A DNA stretch of 32,000 nucleotides from Methanothermus fervidus DSM 2088 (lineage in GTDB: Archaea > Methanobacteriota > Methanobacteria > DSM-2088 > Methanothermaceae): assembly GCA_000166095.1 (NCBI GenBank), contig CP002278.1, positions 1,080,001 to 1,112,000 on the forward strand, in the 5' to 3' direction. Positions 1 to 8,622 of this stretch are shown here, one piece after another (the first letter of the stretch is position 1; each line of letters begins with the position of its first letter). The position numbers and the translations under genes are program-made. Below the pieces are notes generated by a model. The model ran no database searches. It had not been told where the DNA came from and worked only from the letters and a program-made list of their open reading frames with translations.

Positions 1-200
1 CTACAAGATATAAATTCAAATTTCCTTTCCAGGCAACATAACCGCTAAAAGGCATTATAATTTCACTAGGTAGGGGAATACATGCGCTTTCAAGTACCAT
101 AGTGAAAAAAATGCCAATATATCCTGTTGATTCTATCAGCGAGATTATAAAGTTAGCGATTGTTTCAACAATGCCTGCCATTTCTTCACCCCAATTTTTT

Positions 201-596
201 GAGCTACTCCTCATAGAAAAAACTTGCCCAAAAACTATCAGTTTTCTCTCAGACATGCGATGGGGATTGTCTCGTCCCCTTTTTAGGATCTGCATGCCGA
301 TATATAATCTCTTAACTTATTTTTTAATCCTTTTAATGCTCCCAGGTTTAACCTTCTCAACTACCTATCAGTTTTTTTCAGCTTGTAGAAGTCATCTTGT
401 ATGAAAAAAGTAGCATAAGGAAGTATATATAGTTTTTTCTAAGTGTTATTGCGTTGGAGAAAGAAAGAGTAAAGAAGAATTTGTGTATATTTTTTTAGAA
501 CAAGTTCTATTTTTGTACTTCATCTATATAAATACTTTTCTTATTTCTTAATCCCCGATAGAGTGGAAATCTGTTTTTTACAAAATCAATTTCAAT
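201..596. mobile_element. Degenerate non-autonomous relative of the TnpB element (copy 1)
   Basis: Starts 'gagctactcctcatagaaaaaacttgcccaaaaactatc', like the 14465 end of the tnpB element. Ends with the shared block 'tttttagaacaag..gtacttcatctatataaatactttt..gatagagtggaaatctg..acaaaatcaatttcaat' found at 15645-15804. No tnpB ORF. Confidence 0.7.
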
Positions 597-706
597 AAGA
601 AGAGAGAGAGGTAAATTTCAAGTGTAATAGCTAGAGAGAATTGAGAGAGGTAGTTATAAGTTATAACTTATAAGTTATAAGTGAAATAGAGATAGACTTA
701 TTAAGT

Positions 707-764
707 ATGTTAAGACAAAACATTTTTATACTGTATCCTGCCTAAAAACAAAATAATCAGTTCG
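707..764 (+). promoter_or_regulatory. CRISPR leader A (leader-proximal core)
   Basis: 58 nt immediately 5' of the first repeat, identical in reverse complement to 2594-2651, which lies immediately 5' of array B. Confidence 0.75.
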
Positions 765-858
765 GTTTTAAAATAGACTAAATAGTATGGAAATACGAAA
801 TATTTACAACCATGTGCAAATGAAGCTGGTTTTAAGATAGACTAAATGGTATGGAAAT
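765..858 (+). CRISPR. CRISPR mini-array A: 2 repeats (30 nt), 1 spacer (34 nt)
   Basis: gttttaaaatagactaaatagtatggaaat at 765-794, spacer 795-828, gttttaagatagactaaatggtatggaaat at 829-858 (2 mismatches). Confidence 0.85.
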
Positions 859-1832
859 CGAAAAGAGGCTCAAGCAATAGAAATAGAAGTATACCATATT
901 TTTTCCTGTGTCCATTGTCTAAAAAAAGTCCTGAAAAGGAGCTTGTTGAATTAAAACAGAACGAAAATCCATAATATGTATTTGTATCAGAAAATAATAC
1001 ATGATCTACTGATACTGGTGCACTAACATTTTCTATTATAATAGAAGGTACAATAAAAGTTTCAATTCCAAATTCACGTCCATCAGAAACTCCTTTTCCA
1101 TTTAATCTAATAAAAATAACATGCTCCATCATGGCTTTCATGGTAATAACCATTTTTTAGGCAATTTAACAAAATATTTGTGTTGTTATGTGTTGTATAT
1201 TCCTCATAAGGACATTTTTTGATTAAAAATGGAGAAATTGCATTTTTATAATAAGAAACATTTTTTAATCCTTTTTCAGATAAATATGCTGCCAAAGAAT
1301 CTCCATAATATATTTTAGATTTATCATGATGCAGATTTCCATATTTTCTTAGTTTTATAAAAGGTAACGGGTCTGGTAAACCTTCAATTGAAAATTCTTT
1401 TGTAATGGTCTCTTGATGTTTCACGTTTCCCTCTTCAACATCTAATGAAAAGTTTATATCAATTAAAAAAGGATCATTACTATTTGTTTTCAAATAATTT
1501 ATAATACAATTTGATTTAATACCTTTATTTTCATATTTTTTAGATATTTCGTTTATTTTTGATTCTATTATTTTTTTTGCGCTATCTGAACTATTTGTAT
1601 AGCTGACATTGTTATCAATGACATTATATGCCATATCTTCAATAACTTTCCTTGCAATTATTGGTACATTGTTTTTAATATCATCCACCGTATAAATAAC
1701 ATTTTTAGAGGATTTTTTGTTGAGAATTATTGAATTCTCCATATTTATAAACGAAAAAACAGCTGAAAGTAATAAAATTAAAGGTATTATTAGTAGAAAA
1801 GTCATATTACTTATTATATAACCTCTTTCCAA
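842..1832 (-). pseudogene. Membrane-anchored/secreted hypothetical protein with N-terminal TM, split by an apparent +1 frameshift near 1112-1116; stop codon within a CRISPR repeat
   Basis: ORF 1107..1832 ends '..YYHESHDGACYFY*' and ORF 842..1153 overlaps in another frame. Removing one T from the sense T5 tract gives '..HESHDGACYFIRLNGKGVSDGREFGIETFIV..'. N-terminus 'MERGYIISNMTFLLIIPLILLLSAVFSF' is hydrophobic. Confidence 0.6.
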
Positions 1833-1923
1833 ATTTTCACCCCTTTTTTTAAATATTTTAAGTTTTGAAATAATTTTTTATGAAATTATAAATATTTAAA
1901 ATAAAGTAAATAAATTTATAGTT

Positions 1924-2514
1924 ATGAAAATAATTAAATTAGATCCCTATAATCCAAAAACAAAAGTTTTAAATAAAGTCAGGAGAATGTTAGCCGAAGG
2001 TAAAGTAATTATATATCCTACAGATACATTATATGGCCTTGGAGCTAATGCATTTGATGAAGATGCTATAAAAAAAGTTTATTCAATAAAAAAAAGATCT
2101 TTTGACAAACCTATTTCTATCTGTGTTCCAAACATGCGTTGGATTCGTAAAGTTGCTTATTTAAACGATAAACAAAAAGAAAAGATTTCTAAATTATTAC
2201 CAGGTCCATATACTATAATTTTAGAAAAAAAAGATATAATTCCGGATGTATTAACTGCTGGAAAGAAGAAAGTCGGAATAAGAATTCCAAAAAGTAAAAT
2301 TTCAATAGAATTAGCAAAAGAATTTCCAATTACAGCTACTAGTGCTAATATATCTGGTAGGGAAACACCGCCAACTGTTAAAGAAATAATTAAACAACTG
2401 AAAAATGTGGATTTAGCAATTGATGTAGGACCATTGCGTGGGGAACCATCTACGGTTATTGATTTTACAACTGATCCTCCAAAGATAATTAGGGGCTATT
2501 TCCATACTATTTAG
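1924..2514 (+). CDS. L-threonylcarbamoyladenylate synthase (Sua5/YciO/YrdC family)
   Basis: 196 aa ORF with KVIYPTDTLYGLGANA, SKRSFDKPISI, PGPYTIIL, GKKKVGIRIP and TSANISG motifs of the YrdC domain. Confidence 0.93.
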   Translation: MKIIKLDPYNPKTKVLNKVRRMLAEGKVIIYPTDTLYGLGANAFDEDAIKKVYSIKKRSFDKPISICVPNMRWIRKVAYLNDKQKEKISKLLPGPYTIILEKKDIIPDVLTAGKKKVGIRIPKSKISIELAKEFPITATSANISGRETPPTVKEIIKQLKNVDLAIDVGPLRGEPSTVIDFTTDPPKIIRGYFHTI

Positions 2515-2593
2515 TCTATTTTAAAAGCAATCCATATGGAGTAGACTTTGGTTATCCACACCAATTTCCATACTACCTAGTCTATTTTAAAAC
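2498..2593 (-). CRISPR. CRISPR mini-array B: 2 repeats (30 nt), 1 spacer (36 nt)
   Basis: Reverse-complement repeats at 2564-2593 (atttccatactacctagtctattttaaaac) and 2498-2527 (atttccatactatttagtctattttaaaag); spacer 2528-2563. Confidence 0.85.
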
Positions 2594-2651
2594 CGAACTG
2601 ATTATTTTGTTTTTAGGCAGGATACAGTATAAAAATGTTTTGTCTTAACAT
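2594..2651 (-). promoter_or_regulatory. CRISPR leader B
   Basis: Inverted 58-nt copy of 707-764 abutting array B, between the array and cas2. Confidence 0.75.
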
Positions 2652-2698
2652 GCTTATAAGTCTACCCTTAATAACGAGTTTCATTTATAAAGACTGAC

Positions 2699-2962
2699 TT
2701 AAAGTATAAAATCAATAGTGTTTTTTTCAATTCCAAGAACATATAAAGAAACATACTTTTTACTAGGAAATTTATAAATCATCACAGAGTCACGAGTTTC
2801 ATCTATTAAGTCCTTGAGACTTGTTTTTATCTCATTGAACTGTGCTTTACTCACTTCACCCTCAAATACAGAGTTTTGTCTCCAATGGAGATAACTTTTT
2901 AAAAATTTATGAACTCTGTTAACTCTTTTGACGTCAACATCATATACTATCAGTAAATACAT
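2699..2962 (-). CDS. cas2: CRISPR-associated endonuclease Cas2
   Basis: 87 aa, 'MYLLIVYDVDVKRVNRVHKFLKSYLHWRQNSVFEGEVS..' typical Cas2 N-terminus; adjacent to cas1. Confidence 0.95.
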   Translation of the reverse strand: MYLLIVYDVDVKRVNRVHKFLKSYLHWRQNSVFEGEVSKAQFNEIKTSLKDLIDETRDSVMIYKFPSKKYVSLYVLGIEKNTIDFIL

Positions 2963-2973
2963 TTAATCACCTT

Positions 2974-3003
2974 ATTTCTATACTATTTGGTCTAATCTAA
3001 AAC
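2974..3003 (-). repeat. Degenerate solo CRISPR repeat upstream of cas2
   Basis: atttctatactatttggtctaatctaaaac matches about 26/30 of atttccatactatttagtctattttaaaac, same orientation as array B, 11 nt from the cas2 start codon. Confidence 0.75.
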
Positions 3004-3046
3004 GCTAAAGAAGATATATCTGTTCAATGTTTTGAATTTAAATTAA

Positions 3047-4026
3047 TTACCACCATGCCTTGAAACTTTCATATTTTTGATCACCTAAGACATGTTTTAT
3101 TAATTTATATGCCTCTAACCTCATCAGATATTTATATGATACTCTCCTTTTGAGTTTGGGGTGTTTTATAGTTGTATCGAGCTTAGCCTGATATTCTCTA
3201 AGGAAAATTTGTTTGCCTCTATCGTTGAGCATTACACCAAGGTCTCTATCAAAATCCTTCTCAGAAATCATGCCATTATTTACTATTTTAAATATTACTT
3301 GACTAACTATTAGAGGTTTGAAAATATCCGCTATATCTAGAGCAAGTGAAAATCTCTTTTCAGCAGGTTCATGCAAAAAGCTAATAGATGGATGAAGATA
3401 AGTATGATATATTTCAGATAGTGCAGATACATATAATAATGAATTACCAAAGGATAGTAATGCATTTAATTCAGTTGTCGGTGGTCTTATTTCTCGTTTA
3501 TCCATTTTAAATCTTTTAAGGATGCTGTTAAAGCTTTGATAATAATAATTCCACATCCGCCCTTCATTGCTCATTACTTGCGCAACATCTTCTTCTACAA
3601 CCTCTTTCCCTATTATATCAATATAGCTGTCAACAGCCTTCCCTCTTTTTTGTAGTACTTCAATGATTTGAGTAAATTATGTTTAATGCCAAGAACCATC
3701 TCCCTAGCAATTTCAGATCTCTTCTTGGGATCTAAATAATACTCTGACTGTTTTACTACGACAAGTCCTGAATTAAGCTGCACACGTGGGTACAAAGATC
3801 CCTCATAATAACCATACTTATTGAAAAAATTAACAAGTACTCCCTTCTTCATCAATATAGATAATGCTCCTGATTTAATTGAAACTTTACCATAACAGTT
3901 TATCTCATTTATACGATTTATTGGGAGAGGTTTCTTAATATCCTTATTGATGAAGTATAATGTACTTCCCTGGCGGGATAATATCCCATTGGAAGTTATA
4001 TATAATGGATCTTTCACCGAAATCAC
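3047..4026 (-). pseudogene. cas1: CRISPR-associated endonuclease Cas1, split by an apparent -1 frameshift at the T6 tract 3646-3651
   Basis: ORF 3613..4026 (N-term) and 3047..3574 (C-term). Adding one A in the sense strand gives '..LLKSLKYYKKRGKAVDSYIDIIGKEVVEEDVAQVMSNEGRMWNYYYQSF..'. Confidence 0.9.
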
Positions 4027-4030
4027 CTAG

Positions 4031-4518
4031 TTAAATCATGCAGAATTCATAATAACTACATTTGCGACAATAAGGTTTATAAATAGCTTCAGGAGGAGAT
4101 TCCATTCTAACGACCGTTTTTATGCCCTTCAAAATTTTTTCTATTTTCGATTCCACTTCAGACGTTAGGTAGAGTTCTTCCCTTTTCTTTTCAGCGGGAT
4201 ACACCACTATTCCTCTCGCGTTTTTACCCGTAAATTTCTTTATGTACCATAAGTAATAGTAAAGCTGATACCTGACGGGTTCTTCAAGACTACTTGACTT
4301 TTTTATTTCAAAAATCGTCAGATTTTCTTATTTATGAAATCTATTGAAATTTCACCGAAATTTATGCATTTCTTTTCTCTTGAGAAACTTTTTTCATGGA
4401 GAAGTCTTCCTATAAGTATGTCGTCGTTATCATAGTTCATGTTTATCTGGTTTGCGAAGAACCATAATTTCCGCTTACAAACCATATAGTACTGGACCAT
4501 GACCCCAGTTACTTTCAT
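4031..4518 (-). pseudogene. cas4: Cas4 exonuclease, split by an apparent -1 frameshift near 4323-4326
   Basis: ORF 4318..4518 has 'VTGVMVQYYMVCKRKLWFFANQI..GRLLHEKSF'. The next open frame (no start codon) reads 'NLTIFEIKKSSSLEEPVRYQLYYYLWYIKKFTGKNARGIVVYPAEKKREELYLTSEVESKIEKILKGIKTVVRMESPPEAIYKPYCRKCSYYEFCMI*'. Confidence 0.87.
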
Positions 4519-4533
4519 GGAACCACTTTGAAC

Positions 4534-6952
4534 CTATATAATGTTCCAACCTTCCTCTTCAACAATCTCAAAACCACATGCGTAACTATAATTAACTCCA
4601 TGGATAAGATAGAAATTTTTCATATCATCTACCTTGCCTTCGCGTAGCATCTTAAGAAATAGCCATTTGTATATTCCCACAGTATTTTCAAACTTATCAG
4701 GGTCTTTTTCATTGAAAGATACAGCTGGAACTACATTAACTTTTTCAAACTTCTCATCAGTGTCCCTAATTGATAGTAAACGTGAAATTTCTTCCATGTT
4801 GTCAGTCTTAAAGCGGATAGTGTAAGGTCCTCTTTTGATGATTTCATCATATTTATTATACCCTCTTTTAAGTTTTCTATTAAAAGAAAACTTAATTTCT
4901 TCTATTTCAAGAAGGGATTTGTAAAGATTGGAGACCATTTCACTCATTTCACCGAGGGATGGCTTTCCATCTTTTATTATATCCTTTGAACACTCTATTA
5001 ACTCTTTTTTGTAAGGATAAACCCATTTACCGTTCTTAGTTTCAGCTTCTATACAAGTTTCTATGTAAACTTCTCCTACTTTATAGGGATCTTTAGATCT
5101 ATTTATTCTACCTAATCTCTGCGTTATTGCGTCTATTGGTGCTATTTCAGTAAAGAGTACATCAAAGTCTATATCTAGGGAAATTTCCACGACCTGTGTC
5201 GCTACCACGACTAATCCTCTATCCTTCCATTTTTCTTTAACCTCGATTTCATTTTCTTTTTGTTTTCTATGCTCCTTTGTGAATTGTGAATGATAAAGAA
5301 TTAGATTAGAGTTCTTATCAAACGACTCGCTTGTTCTAAAATATCCAGACTTTTCCAAGGCCCTATAAACTTCTCTTGCCTTATTGACGGTGTTAACAAC
5401 GACGAGTACCTTCTTGTTATTATTAAATTCACTTATTATGTTGTCTATTTTATCAAGAATTGAAGAATTTTCGACTTTCAATGAAAATGGTCTGTACTCA
5501 AAAAGACTTTCTTCAGTTATCAAAGTATAATTTAGATCCTTTAAAAGAATATTCTTAAGATTTTTCAGGGAATGTTGCGCTCATTATTGCAAATTTACAA
5601 CCTCGATTATTAAGTTCTTCCAATATTCTTTTTAAGACACCCAACATTTGCCAATCATATGAATGAACTTCATCGACAATTAAAAGACAGTTTTCTATAT
5701 TCAATTGAGAAAGAGGCCACTTATAAACGTTGAAAAAACTCAAAAGAAATGAATCTAAGGTACAAACTGTTATAGGTTTTGAAAAGGTTTTGTTAATTAT
5801 CTTTTCCTTCCATATTTCTTCCTGATCGTCAGCATATTCTTCTGCAAGTATAATAGAAGACGATCCATGTAATATACCGACTTTATCCTTTCCAAAATAA
5901 TCCTTAAGACGTTTATACATTGAATTGCTGGTTACCTGTGTGGGCATGGTATATATTATCTTAGTGTGTTTATTTTTGACGTTGTTTAAAGCCCATAAAA
6001 GAGCTGCTTCTGTTTTACCTTCGCCTGTTGGTATCTTTATAAAGACGTTGTCTGAACTTTCAGAAGCTTCCTTTTGGAATCCTTTTAAACCATGAAATTC
6101 ATGGCCTCTTGAAATTACTCGGGATTTTATTTTATTTATAAGTTCATTCTTAGAAATGAATTCCATGTCAAGTTCATAAAATCCAGATGAAAACCAATCT
6201 GCTCTAATTAAGTTCCCTGTGATAAAAGCATAAATTTCTTTTATTTTTTTCTTTTTTGAAAGACTAGATTGATTGAGAATACTGTTTAGATTATCAATAA
6301 TACCTTTCTCCTGAGATCCCCATGAAAAAGTGCATCTTAATAAATCGTAAGGACTCTTTGACGGCAAATTAAACTTAAATTTATAAGGACATGACTTATT
6401 AAAAAATTCTTTATAATAATTTTTATATTGTTTAGCGAATTTCAATGTCTCTTTAAAAAATGTAGGAGGTTTTAAATCCCTAAACTTTTCACTTCCGTAA
6501 ATATCATCATGAAGAAGTGTATGGTGTGTGAGTATTGAAAGTGTAATATAATCAACATCGTCGATTTTTGGCATTTCAAGATTATAAGTAAAGTAAACAG
6601 AATATAATGGGTGATATGACTTCTGTTTCTTTAAAATTTTATCATTATAAAACTCAAGAGTCCCTTTTCCTATATCATGGAAAAACACTGCGAAAAATAA
6701 GACATCTAAAAGTAATTGTTTTTCAATGTTGTGCCTTTTTGCAAATGAATCAAAAGTTTGACTATTATCATTTATAAATTTTTCCAGTGACTCCAGAGCT
6801 TCTTTTGTATGCCCTTCAAGAGTGAATGACTTTTCATTATTGGTCTTTGCTATAAGATTTACTTCAAAAAAAGAGGGATCTATATTATATAATTCCTTAA
6901 ATTTGGTTTTATGATTACTGACAAATTCCTTTAAGTCCATCATTTGCATCAT
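4534..6952 (-). pseudogene. cas3: CRISPR-associated helicase/HD nuclease Cas3, split by an apparent -1 frameshift at 5561-5565
   Basis: N-part (5555..6952): HD motif 'FFHDIGKG', Walker A 'IPTGEGKTEAA', 'LLIVDEVHSYD', 'MSATFPEK'. C-part (4534..5523): 'VVVATQVVEISLDIDFDVLFTEIAPIDAITQRLGRINR'. Junction reads 'SATFPEKNLKNILLKDLNYTLITEE' with one extra A. Confidence 0.9.
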
Positions 6953-6998
6953 GAACCAACCTGAAATTTGATGGACTGCTCAGTATAAATTCATGGCA

Positions 6999-7720
6999 TC
7001 ATAAGAACTCTATGTTATAATGGTAGTCTTCGTCAAAGTAAAGATCCTTATTTCTGTTATATAATTTACATTGAAGACCTACAAACTCTACTATTTGGAC
7101 AAATTTAGTGGGTTTCCTAGGAATTACATTCTTATTAAAATTAAGATTGACTGAAATTATCCTAGGAGGGAATAAATTTGAATTGTCTGTTCTCAGAGGA
7201 CAATATCTAAACTCCATACCCTCTTCTAAGGTAAATACACTATGTACGATTGTGTCATTCTTTGGTTCCATGGTAATTTTTTTGGTTCTCTTATGATCAC
7301 CATCTCATCATCCATGCCAAGAGATGGAACTCTTGAAGGATACATCAAAAATTCCATCATCTTTTCCAAAAGATGGGAATCTTCTGCTGATACATAGATT
7401 AAATACTTACCTCTGTAAATTTTTTCGTGTTGGAGTATGTCTCTACCAGCTCCAGCAGACTTCCATTTTTTAAAAGTCCATGCATCATTGAATATAGAGT
7501 TTATATAAACAGGGATTATTCCAACCTGGACTTTATCAAGAAGTGCGTAATAGTCTCTCTCATTTTTACCCATGATATTTGTGAGCATGCCCACAACTTG
7601 CGTCTTTGTTGGAGCCAGGCATGTCAATTGGTAAATGGATGTCTGGGGCATCCTAAAAGAATTAATAAGGCCCTCAACAATGAATCTTACTGCCTCCATT
7701 TTAACACCAATCATACCCAA
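6999..7720 (-). pseudogene. cas5: Cas5 (Cas5t-like), split by an apparent -1 frameshift at the T7 tract 7277-7283
   Basis: ORF 7226..7720 'VRFIVEGLINSFRMPQTSIYQLTCLAPTKTQVVGMLTNIMG..' plus ORF 6999..7271. One extra A joins them as '..IIREPKKITMEPKNDTIVHSVFTLEEGMEFRYCP..'. Confidence 0.87.
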
Positions 7721-8621
7721 CCTTTTATATTGTCAAGGGCTTTGTTAACAGAAGTTACATTTTCTTTAAATTCAGATTTTATCTCCTCTTCATTACTGAA
7801 TATACCAGATCTTATGCCAATATAGTACTCAGCTATTATATCTTCAAATTCATCGATGACTTCCTTGATAGGACTGATGTCAATACCACCATCTTCATTT
7901 ACGTTGAGAGCATTGAGGAAAATAGGCGTGCCTGCTTTTTGCCTTGTAACAACTACAAACTTTGGTGTTAAATCATCAAGAAGCCTTGCTCTTTTTGCTC
8001 CTCCATCAATACTTTTAAGTGCATCTACCAGATACGCCACCCTCCTCTTTTTTCATCAGGGTCAATAACAGTATCAATCTCATAACTAAGTTCATCGACA
8101 GTGGATCCTATTGCATCCATATCTATTACAATTGTCCCCTTCATGAAGTTGAAGGTGTTTATTTCAACTTTAACAAAGTCTCCACCTTCCTGACCTTCTT
8201 TTTTTCTCGTTAAGAGATCATTGTATCCATTCCATGGGAATATACTTATAAGAGGAGAGACCTTTACTGGTGACCACCTTCTAAGAGCCATTGTGTTAGA
8301 ACCTTTAACAGCTTCCATGAAGCCAAATAAATCCAGATCAGGGTGATTCTTCAGTATTTCATTATACCTACTCTTATCTTTGCTTTTAGATTCTATTATA
8401 TACTCTCCATTCTTATCTACTTTTGTAAGTTTCATTCCAAGCTGATTCATTGTCTCTTTGAGGTAGTATCTTAGTGCTTGCCCAGAAACATAGGGGTAAT
8501 AGTTCCCCTTATTATCCTGAACTTTTTTTAAGATCACCATGTTTCCAGGATTTTCACTACTGTTGAGGTTATCTATGTTAACCTTAGTTATGTACCCTAT
8601 ATTTACAAATGTCCTATTCAT
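7711..8621 (-). pseudogene. cas7: Cas7 (Cst2/DevR family), split by an apparent -1 frameshift at the T6 tract 8048-8053
   Basis: Start at 8621 after an SD-like ggagggg: 'MNRTFVNIGYITKVNIDNLNSSENPGNMVILKKV..'. Continues in ORF 7711..8040. One extra A gives '..IDPDEKKRRVAYLVDALKSIDGGAKRARLLDDLTPKFVVV..'. Confidence 0.88.
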
Positions 8622-8622
8622 T

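Noticed and set aside
102-404. ORF of 100 aa on + strand
   Set aside because: Lies largely in degenerate element copy 1, and its sequence matches no recognisable family. Treated as spurious.
6953-6998. 'tttgatggactgctcagtata' between cas5 and cas3 as another degenerate CRISPR repeat
   Set aside because: About 14/23 identity on my hand alignment and in the opposite orientation to the cas2 solo repeat; not above what AT-rich sequence can give.
7427-8213. Antisense ORFs 7427..7825, 7856..8068 and 8019..8213 (+)
   Set aside because: Shadow ORFs opposite cas5/cas7 with no recognisable domains.
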